A DNA stretch of 29,329 nucleotides from Candidatus Zixiibacteriota bacterium (GCA_050117845.1 JASFLY010000035.1:1-29329), one strand, 5' to 3'. Positions 1 through 9,371 are shown, counted from the stretch's first letter. Program-made: numbers and translations. The notes: generated by a model not told the origin, from the sequence alone.

Positions 1-167
1 TGAGCGACGTCCCGGCGCTAATATTCGCCCAGTCGTCGCTCGCCCTGGACGGCGGCCCGACGGTAACGGGGCGGAGTTCGTTTATAGTAGACTTCTCGGT
101 CGACCCGCCGCAACCGCTCCGCGGCGGCGACGCCGTGCAAAACGCCCTCGAGCGATACTGGAAATGA
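1..167 (+). CDS. tsaC: L-threonylcarbamoyladenylate synthase (Sua5/YrdC family), C-terminal fragment
   Basis: Frame 3 reads SDVPALIFAQSSLALDGGPTVTGRSSFIVDFSVDPPQPLRGGDAVQNALERYWK*. The pattern DGG..G.SS.IVD...P..LR.G fits the YrdC C-terminus. The stop overlaps the gmk start (ATGA). Truncated by the window edge. Confidence 0.7.
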   Translation, partial: SDVPALIFAQSSLALDGGPTVTGRSSFIVDFSVDPPQPLRGGDAVQNALERYWK

Positions 168-787
168 GCGACGGCCTGGACATATTCGAACTGATGCGCG
201 CCCCGTCTCCCGGGACCCTTTTCGTGTTCGCGGGCCCTTCGGGAGCAGGGAAGTCGTCGGTATGCCGGGGTCTCCTGGCCGGCGTGCCGGGGGTCGAATT
301 CTCGGTGTCTCATACCACCCGGGCGCCGCGGCCCGACGAAGTGGAAGGCCGGGACTACCATTTCGTGTCCGAGGACGAGTTCGAACGCATCGTCGCGGCC
401 GGCGGCTTTGCGGAACACGCGGGCGTATTCGGCCACCGCTACGGTACGTCCCGCGATCAACTGGGCCGGAAGCTCGAGCGCGGCGACGTCCTGCTCGACA
501 TCGACGTTCAGGGTGCCGCCCAACTCCGCGAGTCTCACCCCGAGGCCGTGTCGGTTTTCGTCGTCCCGCCGTCCCTGGAGGAGCTACGGGCCCGGCTGAT
601 AGCGCGGAACCAGAACGCCCCCGACGACGTCGAACGGAGGCTGGCGCAGGCCGAAACGGAAATGCGGGAAGTGGTCCACTTCGATTACGCCCTCGTAAAC
701 GATGAACTGGACCGGGCCGTCGCGGCCGCGGCGGCCATAATTACGGCGGAACGGCATCGCCTGGCGAGGAGGCTGGGGCCGAGATGA
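164..787 (+). CDS. gmk: Guanylate kinase
   Basis: P-loop GPSGAGKS, SVSHTTRAPRPDEVEGRDYHFV, YGT and LDIDVQGA motifs. Confidence 0.97.
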   Translation: MSDGLDIFELMRAPSPGTLFVFAGPSGAGKSSVCRGLLAGVPGVEFSVSHTTRAPRPDEVEGRDYHFVSEDEFERIVAAGGFAEHAGVFGHRYGTSRDQLGRKLERGDVLLDIDVQGAAQLRESHPEAVSVFVVPPSLEELRARLIARNQNAPDDVERRLAQAETEMREVVHFDYALVNDELDRAVAAAAAIITAERHRLARRLGPR

Positions 788-1977
788 AAGTACTACTGGG
801 GGTATCGGCGAGCGTTGCCATATACAAAGCCGCGGAGTTGTGCCGCGAGTTGCGCCGGGAAGGGGCCGACGTCACCGTCGTAATGACGCCGAACGCGACC
901 AAGCTAATAGAGCCGCGCCTCTTCGACGCCGTAACGGAACGCAAGACGCTGACCGACCTCTTCGACCGGACCGATCCCTTCGCCCATATTACCGCCGCCC
1001 GCGGCGCGGACGTCTTCGCGGTCGCGCCCGCCACGGCGAACGTCCTGGGCAAACTCGCCGGCGGCATAGCCGACGACGCCGTTACGACGGTGGCGCTGTC
1101 GGTCGACTGCCCCCGGCTGGTGGCGCCCGCCATGAACCCCTTCATGTGGGCCAAGGCCGAGGTCCAGCGCAGCCTCTCGACCCTGCGGGAATTCGATTAT
1201 ACGGTCGTCCCGCCGGGGGAGGGGAAGGTGGCCTGCGGCGACGAGGGTCCCGGCCGCCTGGCCGAGGTGGCCGAAATCGCCGAGGAAATCCTTCGCTCCG
1301 GCAATACGGGTAAAGATTTCGCGGGTAAAACCATAGTCGTAACCGCCGGGCCCACGCGGGAGCCTTTCGACGCCGTCCGCGTTCTCACGAACCCCTCCAC
1401 CGGCTTGATGGGCTACGAATTGGCTCGCCGCGCCGGCCGACGGGGCGCAGACGTCGTATTGATAACCGGTACCGCGGGGGACCCGGTTCACCCGGGCGCC
1501 GGCACGGCCGTACGCCGCGTTAACACCGCCGCGGAGATGCGCGACGCCACCGCCGCGGCCTTCGCCGAAGCGGACGCGCTTATAATGGCCGCCGCTGTCT
1601 CCGATTACCGATTCGACGAAACGAGCGCGCATAAGGTCAAGAAAACCAGCGAGAAAGAATCGGTTGCCTTAATACCTACTTCCGATATTCTGGCTGAAAT
1701 TGCTGGCAATAAAGGCGATAAGGTTGTCGTCGGCTTCGCGGCGGAAACCGGTGATTTAATAGAAAACGCCCGCGATAAGCTACTGAAAAAGAAGCTGGAT
1801 ATTATCGTCGGGAATGTCGTAGGCCGGCCGGACGTCGGGTTTGCCGTAGGAGACGCGGAAGCGGTCATAATTACGGCCGAAGACGCCACTGATGTGGGTA
1901 AAATACCCAAGGCCGAACTCGCCGAACGGGTCCTGGACGAACTGAGCCGGGCTATGGAGGCCGGGCGTGGTAAATAA
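784..1977 (+). CDS. coaBC: Bifunctional phosphopantothenoylcysteine decarboxylase / phosphopantothenate-cysteine ligase
   Basis: APATAN, PAMN, ACGDEGPGRL, TAGPTRE, AAVSDY and VGFAAET motifs. ATGA overlap with gmk. Confidence 0.97.
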   Translation: MKVLLGVSASVAIYKAAELCRELRREGADVTVVMTPNATKLIEPRLFDAVTERKTLTDLFDRTDPFAHITAARGADVFAVAPATANVLGKLAGGIADDAVTTVALSVDCPRLVAPAMNPFMWAKAEVQRSLSTLREFDYTVVPPGEGKVACGDEGPGRLAEVAEIAEEILRSGNTGKDFAGKTIVVTAGPTREPFDAVRVLTNPSTGLMGYELARRAGRRGADVVLITGTAGDPVHPGAGTAVRRVNTAAEMRDATAAAFAEADALIMAAAVSDYRFDETSAHKVKKTSEKESVALIPTSDILAEIAGNKGDKVVVGFAAETGDLIENARDKLLKKKLDIIVGNVVGRPDVGFAVGDAEAVIITAEDATDVGKIPKAELAERVLDELSRAMEAGRGK

Positions 1978-2677
1978 AAGGAATTTAAAGGTACTGGCTC
2001 AAAACCTCGACGCGCTGGGCGTCAAGGAAATAATGATCGAGAGGGATGCGGATACGCTTATGGGTGAAACTGACGCCGGGTCCGAAAACAAGGCCAAATC
2101 TGAAAAACCGGGCGCCGGGGCGTCCCGGGAATCCGTTCTACAGGCGGAAAAAGCGCTCGTCGATAAGTGCCGCAAGTGCGAACTGGGGTCCCAACGGACC
2201 CACGCCGTTTACGGCGACGGCAACGAGTACGCCGAAGTGCTTTTCGTGGGCGAGGCGCCCGGCGCGGAAGAGGACCGGCAGGGCCTCCCGTTCGTGGGGC
2301 GCGCCGGCCAATTGTTAAACCGATTACTCGAGCAAGTGGGCCTAAGGCGCTCTGAAGTATACATTTGCAATCTCCTTAAATGCCGGCCGCCGGAAAACCG
2401 GGACCCCTTGCCCGACGAGCTGGTCGCGTGTCGGCCTTTTCTCGATAAACAGCTTTCGGTAATCAAACCCCGGATAATCGTATGTCTGGGCCTTTTCGCG
2501 GCCCAGGGGATGCTGCAAACCAAGGAATCGATGGCGCGTCTGCGCGGCGGCCAACATAAAATAGGCGAAACGATAATAATCCCGACCTATCACACCGCCG
2601 CGGCCTTGCGTTTCCCGGCGTACAAACAGCAGATTTACGACGACCTCTGCCGGGCCCGCGATATCGCGTACGGATAA
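1967..2677 (+). CDS. Uracil-DNA glycosylase family 4 (4Fe-4S)
   Basis: [38 protein letters not shown] and PTYH motifs. GTG start after GGAGG. Confidence 0.93.
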   Translation: MVNKRNLKVLAQNLDALGVKEIMIERDADTLMGETDAGSENKAKSEKPGAGASRESVLQAEKALVDKCRKCELGSQRTHAVYGDGNEYAEVLFVGEAPGAEEDRQGLPFVGRAGQLLNRLLEQVGLRRSEVYICNLLKCRPPENRDPLPDELVACRPFLDKQLSVIKPRIIVCLGLFAAQGMLQTKESMARLRGGQHKIGETIIIPTYHTAAALRFPAYKQQIYDDLCRARDIAYG

Positions 2678-2699
2678 AGCGCCGTTTTTTCGGGAGGCG

Positions 2700-4712
2700 A
2701 TGGTAGAAAAGCGAAACGCTGCGTACCACCGCATTTCGGACCGGTGGCTGGCCGTCGTAGGCGGGGCCGGACTGGCCGTTTTCTACTTCGTATTCCGCTC
2801 CCAAAACCACCCCATAGATTCCGTTTTATACGCCCTCGCCGCCGAAGTGCGCGAGGCCTACCCCTTTTTCCACTGGCATCACCTCCTGTACACGCCGTTA
2901 ACCACGGTCGCGTTGAAACTCGCCCGGGCCTTCGGTTACGCCGGCGGGGCCTTCGCGCCCATGGCCGCGGTATCGGCCGTCGCCGCGGGCGCCGCGGCCG
3001 GCCTTTTTTACTTGACGCTCCGGCGCCTGGGAGCGAGGTTGGGGATAGCCGCGCTCGCCACCGCCGGCCTTGCTTTCTCGGCGGCGTGGTGGTACTTCGC
3101 CGGCGAGGCGGAGGTCCTGGCGCTAATTTCCCTTTTCATCGCCGGCGCGACCTACCTCCTGGCCGGCCGGCCCGTCGCGCCGAAGAAGGGCCTCGTCCTC
3201 GGGGTGTGGCTCGCCGTGGGGACGTTGTGCCATCAGGCCGTTTTCCTGTTCACCCCCGTCGCGTTTGTCCTGCTGGCGGCCGAGCGGGGGAACCGCCCCG
3301 GCCGTCTGGCCGCCTTCGCGCTCTCGTACGCCGTCCTGACGGCCGTCCCGTATTACCTGATACCGTACCTCTATTACGACGTCAGGGGATGGGGGGATTG
3401 GCTCAACTGGGTAACGTATTACGCCTCCTGGGGCGATTGGGGCCACTTCACCCGGGAGCGCCTGGCGCGGGGCTTCGTAACGATGCTCGCGGCCGTCGTA
3501 TCGGGGCCGGTCGCCGGCGACGTGGGCCGGGCGGTACCTCCCGCCGATTTCCTGCGGCGCTACGGACCGGCCGTATTGATATGGGCCGGCCTGTGCGGGA
3601 CGGTTGTGGCCGCCGCCGGTGCTTTATGGCGCGAACGGCGAGTTTGGCTCGTCGCGGCCGTCTTGTGGTTCGTCGGGTTCCACTTTTTCTTTACGTGGTG
3701 GGAGCCGGAAAACGTCGAATGGTGGATCGCCACGACGATGCCGTTGTGGCTGCTTTTCGGCCTGGCCCTGGGGGATAAACGGATTCCGCTCGCCTTCCGC
3801 GCTTGCGCGGCGCTCGCGATTATCGGCGCCGCCGCGTTTAACTTCGGCCGCGTCATTCAACCGGCTACGGAGCCGGGCCGCAACGACGCCGAAGCCGCCG
3901 CCCGGGGCATAGTGGCCGCGACGAAACCCGGCGACGCCGTATTCATGTCCCATCTGGACGTGAACGCATGGGTGGATTACCTGAGCCGCCACACCCGCAA
4001 ACTATCGGCGCCTTTCATGGCGCCGGCTCCGGGAGACGCCGCGTCGCTCGAGGCCCGGGCAAAGGCCGGATTCCCGGAGTACGCCGTGGCCGGTTCGGCC
4101 CTATATTTCACGAATTTCGAGTGGGATGACCCCGGGGGAATCGGCGTGGATGCGGCCGCGGCCCGGGAGCTCCGCGTGCCGTTCTTTAAAATGATCCTCG
4201 CCGCGGACCCGGTAACGCTGCTCCGATTCCCGGGGGGGGAGCGAGTGCTATACCGCTACGGCGGGTACGCCGCGGAAGCCCGGGACGTTCAGGTGATGGA
4301 AGCCGAGACGCCGGGTTCGTACGAGGAAGGCGTGGCACTTTTAACTTCCAAAGCCGCCGCCGACTTCGAATTTACGGCGTTTCGTAAAGGCGAATACGAA
4401 ATCTTCGTCGAGGCCCGCGGCACGCCGGCCAGGGGCACCTGGCCCCATATGGAGGTATCCGCGGACGGTTGGCCCCTGGGCGTCACGGCCGTGGATGCCG
4501 CCTACTGGCGTTTTTACCGGACGTCGGTGTCCTGCCGGGCCGGCCCGCACCGCTTGAGTGTTAAATTTCTTAACGATTATTACGACCCGTCGACGGGAGA
4601 AAACCGTGACCTGTTCGTAAATCGCGTCATCGTTTTCAGAGAAAGCAGTTCGGGCAAGAAAAAGCGTCACGATACGGTTTTTAATGCCATCGCGGCCACG
4701 GCGGAAAACTGA
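2700..4712 (+). CDS. Polytopic GT-C-like membrane protein (DUF2723/PMT-like) with a C-terminal CBM60-like carbohydrate-binding domain
   Basis: About 10-11 hydrophobic segments. N-terminal D..LY...HHLLY and AFS..WW.....EV motifs. The C-terminal beta domain ends VKFLNDYYDPSTGENRDLFVNRV. SD GGGAGG. Confidence 0.6.
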   Translation: MVEKRNAAYHRISDRWLAVVGGAGLAVFYFVFRSQNHPIDSVLYALAAEVREAYPFFHWHHLLYTPLTTVALKLARAFGYAGGAFAPMAAVSAVAAGAAAGLFYLTLRRLGARLGIAALATAGLAFSAAWWYFAGEAEVLALISLFIAGATYLLAGRPVAPKKGLVLGVWLAVGTLCHQAVFLFTPVAFVLLAAERGNRPGRLAAFALSYAVLTAVPYYLIPYLYYDVRGWGDWLNWVTYYASWGDWGHFTRERLARGFVTMLAAVVSGPVAGDVGRAVPPADFLRRYGPAVLIWAGLCGTVVAAAGALWRERRVWLVAAVLWFVGFHFFFTWWEPENVEWWIATTMPLWLLFGLALGDKRIPLAFRACAALAIIGAAAFNFGRVIQPATEPGRNDAEAAARGIVAATKPGDAVFMSHLDVNAWVDYLSRHTRKLSAPFMAPAPGDAASLEARAKAGFPEYAVAGSALYFTNFEWDDPGGIGVDAAAARELRVPFFKMILAADPVTLLRFPGGERVLYRYGGYAAEARDVQVMEAETPGSYEEGVALLTSKAAADFEFTAFRKGEYEIFVEARGTPARGTWPHMEVSADGWPLGVTAVDAAYWRFYRTSVSCRAGPHRLSVKFLNDYYDPSTGENRDLFVNRVIVFRESSSGKKKRHDTVFNAIAATAEN

Positions 4713-4804
4713 AAACGAAAATCAAATAAACGCCGTAAGTGCTTAATAATAAATGACATAAACTGCCACCTGCGGTTCGGAGGCGAGATAAATTTGCGTT
4801 TTTA

Positions 4805-4813
4805 TGTTATACT
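4805..4813 (+). promoter_or_regulatory. Extended -10 sigma70-type promoter
   Basis: TG-T-TATACT in the AT-rich intergenic region upstream of the 4880-12392 gene run. Confidence 0.5.
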
Positions 4814-4879
4814 GGATTCTGAGTTAAATTATCTTAAACGCCTCGCGGCCACCGGGGCGCGATTTCGTTATAGATATCG

Positions 4880-5401
4880 GTGTTAGAAGCTTCTTTATAC
4901 CCGTTTGGACGTGAGCGATATCCGTGGACGACGGTCGTTATCGTGACCGCCGGAACCGCGGCGCCGCCGTTAATAGGTTTTTGGGGGACTTTCGACCTGG
5001 GGCGGGGGATATTCGCGACGGTTTACCTGGCCGTTTGCTTACTCTGGTTCATCGTAATCCAAACGAAACTGGTCTGTACCAATTGCGCCTATTACGACAA
5101 GGTCTGCGCCCGTGGCTTGGGCAAACTGGCGCCTTTGCTTTATCGGCAGGGAACCGGCCTCGACGTTTGGGGAGGCCGGCTCGGCCGGGTTTTTTGGCCC
5201 TACTGGTACGCTGGCGTCCCGCTGCTCGGGTTCGCGTTATTGTTGATATTCCGCTTTTCGTGGGCAACGTTGATCTTCGCGGCCGTATTCGTCGTCGCCG
5301 CCGCCCTGTCCCTGATAATCAATCGTACGCAGTGTTGTACGAATTGTTTGGTTAGGAATTTATGTCTCCGGTCTCCTTTCCGCGATAAGACTTTGAGGTG
5401 A
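4880..5401 (+). CDS. Cys-rich 4-TM hypothetical membrane protein
   Basis: Four hydrophobic segments, with CTNCAYYDKVC and CCTNCLVRNLC motifs. The GTG start is uncertain. Confidence 0.7.
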   Translation: MLEASLYPFGRERYPWTTVVIVTAGTAAPPLIGFWGTFDLGRGIFATVYLAVCLLWFIVIQTKLVCTNCAYYDKVCARGLGKLAPLLYRQGTGLDVWGGRLGRVFWPYWYAGVPLLGFALLLIFRFSWATLIFAAVFVVAAALSLIINRTQCCTNCLVRNLCLRSPFRDKTLR

Positions 5402-5406
5402 TGAAT

Positions 5407-6867
5407 ATGACGCCGGATCCGTTGCGCCGTTTGGGCGAGATCGAAAACCACCTGGAAGACCTCCGCGAGGCTCAGGGCAAGGACGCCTTCGCCCTCTATT
5501 ACGAGCACGCCGACGTGGATCTGGCGAGCCACGAGAAGAAGATGCGCGACGCCGCGCTCGAGCCGGAAGTGGCAGAGACCTGCGAGGCCGTGCTGGCCGG
5601 CGACTGCGACGCCACGGCCAAGCGCCGGGCCCGGATACTTTCGAACTGGATAACGCAGATTCGCGTCGACACCGACGAAATTATCGACCTTAAAAACGAT
5701 ATACAGAAAATAGTAATACACACCAAACCGACCCTCGACGGCGAGGAAATCCCCCGCAACGCCAAGACGAAAATCCTCTTCAACGACGAAGACCGGGACA
5801 AACGCCGCCGCGCCTTCAACTCGGAGGGGCAGCTGCGGAGCGAGCTGTTGGACCGGGCCCGCCGGCTCTACCGGATGAAGAACGAATCGGCCCGGGCCCT
5901 CGGCTTCGAGGATTACCCGACGCTCGTCCTGGCCGGCGAGGACCTCACGGTCGACGAGCTTAACGGCATCTTCGACAAGTACGAGGCCGAGACCCGTCCC
6001 GCGTATGAAGAGCTCATAGCCGAGGGCGCCGAACGCTTCGGCCTGGAACGCGTCGAGCCCTGGGACCTGAATTACGTCGCGACCAAAATCACCTCCGCCG
6101 ATGATAACTACTTCCCGCGGGCCGTCGCCATGCCCTCGCTTACGAAGGTCGTCACGGGTTACGGCCGGGACCTCGACTCCATGGGCATAGTCATCCACGA
6201 GGACGCCGACATCCCGTACGGCGGCCTCTGTTTTTCCATCCGTACGCCCACCGATATCCGCATCCTCGTCAACCTCAAGGACGGGATGCAGGACCTGCAC
6301 ACCCTCTACCACGAGTTCGGCCACGCCGTCCACCGCAAGTTCACCGGCCCCGAGTACTACACGCTGAAGGCCGGCGACACCGGCTTCTTCGCGGAGGCCA
6401 TGGCCGATACGTGGGGGATGCTGGTGCACAGGCCGGCCTGGCTCGACGAGTACACCGACATGAGCGAGGACGAGATAGGCCGCATAGACCGCGCGGCCGA
6501 CAAGACCTTCGCCTGTCGCGTGCGGCGCTTCATGGCCCGCCAGAGCTTCGAAATAGACGCCTACCGCGACCCCGACGGCGACATGGACGCCGCGTTGGAC
6601 CGCCACGCCGAACGTTTCCTGGGATTCGGCTACAACGATCCGGAGCGCTGGGCGGAGGAGTATTTCCCGCTCCTGTACCCGATATACAGCAAAAACTACA
6701 TGCTGGCCCGCGTTATCCAGCGCGCCGTTCACCGGCACCTGGAGAAGGAGTACGGCGAAATCCTGGACCAGCCGAAGGTCTTCGATTTCCTGGTGGACAA
6801 TTTCTACCGCGACGGCGCCCTCTTGACCTGGAAAGAGAAGCTGGCGGCCGTGGGCGCTTCGCTGTAA
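5407..6867 (+). CDS. Zinc metallopeptidase, M3/M2-like gluzincin
   Basis: HTLYHEFGHAVH followed by FAEAMA; AR.LGFEDY segment; no signal peptide. Start placed at the ATG 7 nt after GAGGT (the ORF track gives 5398). Confidence 0.85.
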   Translation: MTPDPLRRLGEIENHLEDLREAQGKDAFALYYEHADVDLASHEKKMRDAALEPEVAETCEAVLAGDCDATAKRRARILSNWITQIRVDTDEIIDLKNDIQKIVIHTKPTLDGEEIPRNAKTKILFNDEDRDKRRRAFNSEGQLRSELLDRARRLYRMKNESARALGFEDYPTLVLAGEDLTVDELNGIFDKYEAETRPAYEELIAEGAERFGLERVEPWDLNYVATKITSADDNYFPRAVAMPSLTKVVTGYGRDLDSMGIVIHEDADIPYGGLCFSIRTPTDIRILVNLKDGMQDLHTLYHEFGHAVHRKFTGPEYYTLKAGDTGFFAEAMADTWGMLVHRPAWLDEYTDMSEDEIGRIDRAADKTFACRVRRFMARQSFEIDAYRDPDGDMDAALDRHAERFLGFGYNDPERWAEEYFPLLYPIYSKNYMLARVIQRAVHRHLEKEYGEILDQPKVFDFLVDNFYRDGALLTWKEKLAAVGASL

Positions 6868-6897
6868 ACGCCCGCGCCGGGGGCCGTGAAGGAGCTT

Positions 6898-7734
6898 ATG
6901 GAAGCGAAAGCGGTGAAGATAGGGAACGTGACGGTGGGCGGGAACGCGTTCGCGCTTATCGGCGGGCCGTGCGTAATCGAGTCCGAAGCGCTGGCGCTCG
7001 AAACGGCCGCCCAGGCCGCCGAGATCTGCGCCGAACTCGACATCCCTTACATCTTCAAGTCGTCCTACCTCAAGGACAACCGGACCTCCCACGAGTCGTT
7101 CCAGGGGCCCGGCCTCAAAGAGGGCCTGGCCGTCCTGGCCCGGGTGCGCGAGGAGGTCGGCGTCCCGGTCCTGTCCGACATCCACACGCCCGCGGAGGCC
7201 GCCCCGGCGGCCGAGGTCCTGGACTGCCTTCAGCTTCCGGCTTATCTCTCCAAGCAAACGCAGCTGACGCTCGCCCTCGCGGCCACGGGCAAGCCCGTTA
7301 ACGTAAAAAAAGCGCAGTTCTTCAAGCCCGAACAGATAGCCGTTCCGATAGGTAAAATCGAGGCGTCCGGCAACGACCGGATACTTTTGACGGAACGCGG
7401 CGCGGCCTTCGGCTACGGCGACATCGTCTTCGACCCGCGCTCGCTGGTAACGCTGCGGCGCTTCGGGTATCCGCTCTTCTTCGACGTAACGCACGTCGTG
7501 CGCCTCCCCGGCACGACGAGCGACGACCCGGCCGGCGGCCTGCGGGATTATATCTTCCCGCTGGCCCGGGCGGCCTGCGGCGTCGGCATCGACGGCCTCT
7601 TCCTCGAGTTCCACCCCGAACCGGAGAAGGCGCTCTGCGACGCGGCCAGCATGTTGCCGATGGGACGGGTGCGCGAGCTTTTAACGCAATGCAAGGAGAT
7701 ACACGAGAGCGTCCGGGGGTGGGACGACCGGTGA
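6898..7734 (+). CDS. kdsA: KDO 8-phosphate synthase, metal-dependent type
   Basis: GGPCVIES, FKSSY.K.NRTS, VNVKK.QF, TERG..FGY, D.TH, GLFLE.HP.PEKALCD motifs. ATG follows AAGGAG; adjacent to kdsD. Confidence 0.93.
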   Translation: MEAKAVKIGNVTVGGNAFALIGGPCVIESEALALETAAQAAEICAELDIPYIFKSSYLKDNRTSHESFQGPGLKEGLAVLARVREEVGVPVLSDIHTPAEAAPAAEVLDCLQLPAYLSKQTQLTLALAATGKPVNVKKAQFFKPEQIAVPIGKIEASGNDRILLTERGAAFGYGDIVFDPRSLVTLRRFGYPLFFDVTHVVRLPGTTSDDPAGGLRDYIFPLARAACGVGIDGLFLEFHPEPEKALCDAASMLPMGRVRELLTQCKEIHESVRGWDDR

Positions 7735-8717
7735 CGGAGGCCGACGTGGCGAGGGACGCGCGGCGCGTCATAGAAATTGAGGCCGAGGCGGTCCACGGCC
7801 TGGCCGAACTGGTCGACGCCGATTTCGAGGGCGCCGTCGACGCCATGCTGTCGTCGGAAGGCCGCTCGGTCCTCATCGGGATGGGGAAGTCCGGCATCAT
7901 CGCTCAGAAGATATCGGCCACGCTCTCGTCCACCGGCACGGCCTCGTTCTTCCTGCACCCGGCGGAGGCGGCCCACGGCGACCTGGGGATGGTTCGCCCC
8001 GGGGACGTCGTGATCGCCGTTTCCTACAGCGGCGAGACGCCCGAGATAATGTGCCTCGTCCCCGCGATAAAGGATCTGGGCGTTACGCTCGTCGCGATGA
8101 CGGGCAACGCGGAGTCGTCGCTGGCGCGTCGGGCCGACTTCGTCGTCCGGACGACGGTGGATCGGGAGGCCTGCCCGCTGGGCCTCGTCCCCACGGCGAG
8201 CACGACCGCAACCCTCGTGATGGGGGACGCGCTGGCGGTCTGCATCATGCGCAAGCGCGGCTTCCGGGAGGAGGACTTCGCCGCGGTGCACCCGGGCGGG
8301 ACCTTGGGGCGGCGGCTCCTCTCGGGCATCGCGGAGCTGGGGCACGCCGGCGACGAGATACCGCAAGTCGCGGCCTCGGCCTCCTTCGCCGCCGCGGTGG
8401 AGGAGATAAGCGCCAAGAAGCTCGGCGTTACGGCGGTCGTGGACGAGGACGGCAGGCTCGTGGGCGTCATCACCGACGGCGACGTCCGCCGGGCGGTGGA
8501 ACGCGGCCGCGCGGCCGAGGGGAATACGGCCGCCGACGTCATGACCCCCGACCCCAAGACCGTCGACTACGACGCGACCGGCGCGGGGGCCCTGCACGTC
8601 ATGGAAACTTATCAGATAACGGCGCTGTTCGCGCTCGACGGCGAGGGCCGGCCCCGGGCCGTGATTCACATCCACGACGTCCTGGGCCGCGGCGCCGCGA
8701 CCGCGAATTTCGACTGA
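7731..8717 (+). CDS. kdsD: Arabinose-5-phosphate isomerase (KpsF/GutQ family; SIS + 2 CBS domains)
   Basis: GMGKSG, STGT, HPAEAAHGDLG, SYSGET, EACPLGLVPTASTT and HPGGTLG motifs. GTGA overlap with the kdsA stop. Confidence 0.95.
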   Translation: MTEADVARDARRVIEIEAEAVHGLAELVDADFEGAVDAMLSSEGRSVLIGMGKSGIIAQKISATLSSTGTASFFLHPAEAAHGDLGMVRPGDVVIAVSYSGETPEIMCLVPAIKDLGVTLVAMTGNAESSLARRADFVVRTTVDREACPLGLVPTASTTATLVMGDALAVCIMRKRGFREEDFAAVHPGGTLGRRLLSGIAELGHAGDEIPQVAASASFAAAVEEISAKKLGVTAVVDEDGRLVGVITDGDVRRAVERGRAAEGNTAADVMTPDPKTVDYDATGAGALHVMETYQITALFALDGEGRPRAVIHIHDVLGRGAATANFD

Positions 8718-8726
8718 GGTGCGGTT

Positions 8727-9371
8727 ACGAGGATTATAGCCGTAATACTATCGTTGGCGTTGGTGTTGGGACTCGGCTGGGGTTGCCGCGAGGCCGAGGA
8801 GGAGCTCCAGCCGCCCGACAAGGACCTGCCGACGCAGGTCATAGACGATTTCACGCTGACCGAGACCGACGGCCCCAACGTGTCCTGGAAGCTCAAGGCC
8901 GACCGGGCCGACATCTACGACTACGCCAACGAGGCCCGCGTTTACGTCGTCCACGTGGACTTCTACGAGGACGGCGAGTACAGCTCGACGTTGACGGCGA
9001 AAGAAGGCACGGTCGACCTCCTGCGGCACAGCATGACCGCCCGCGGCGACGTGGTCCTCGTATCGCGGAAAGACGGCGCCATTCTCAAGACCGAGGAACT
9101 GAGCTGGGACGCCGACGGCCACAAGATATTCTCCGACGCCTACTGTACGCTCGAACGGGGCCACAGCATTATCCGCGGCCAGGGTTTCACCGCGACCCCC
9201 GGCCTGGAATCGTTCACGACGCACAAGCTCGACGCCGACATCATTCAGAAAGAGATGGAGGGCCTCGACAGCCGGCGCAAGGAGTTGGACGACGCCGGGA
9301 AAGAGGGTAAACCGGGAACCGCCGAAACCGGGAAGAAAAACGGGAAGAATAAAAAGAACGACGAGAAATAA
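8727..9371 (+). CDS. lptC: LPS export periplasmic protein LptC (lipoprotein form)
   Basis: W.L.A.RA, V.FY, L.A..G, G.V, L.TEEL.W and G.G beta-jellyroll pattern. Lipobox-like GWGC; follows kdsD. Start inferred at ACG 8727; the first canonical in-frame codon is TTG 8754. Confidence 0.85.
   Translation, partial: TRIIAVILSLALVLGLGWGCREAEEELQPPDKDLPTQVIDDFTLTETDGPNVSWKLKADRADIYDYANEARVYVVHVDFYEDGEYSSTLTAKEGTVDLLRHSMTARGDVVLVSRKDGAILKTEELSWDADGHKIFSDAYCTLERGHSIIRGQGFTATPGLESFTTHKLDADIIQKEMEGLDSRRKELDDAGKEGKPGTAETGKKNGKNKKNDEK

Noticed and set aside
1216..1223. KOPS-like GGGGAGGG pointing toward dif (and CCCTCCCC at 15299-15306)
   Set aside because: Two chance-level hits in GC-rich DNA, not systematically counted; not usable as evidence.
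5200..7614. 804-aa minus-strand ORF
   Set aside because: Antisense shadow of the peptidase and kdsA caused by GC codon bias; no recognisable motifs.
7731..9371. KdsD-LptC fusion by TGA readthrough (Sec or recoding)
   Set aside because: TGA is an ordinary stop for many genes here, no SECIS-like hairpin is evident, and a fusion would bury the LptC signal peptide.
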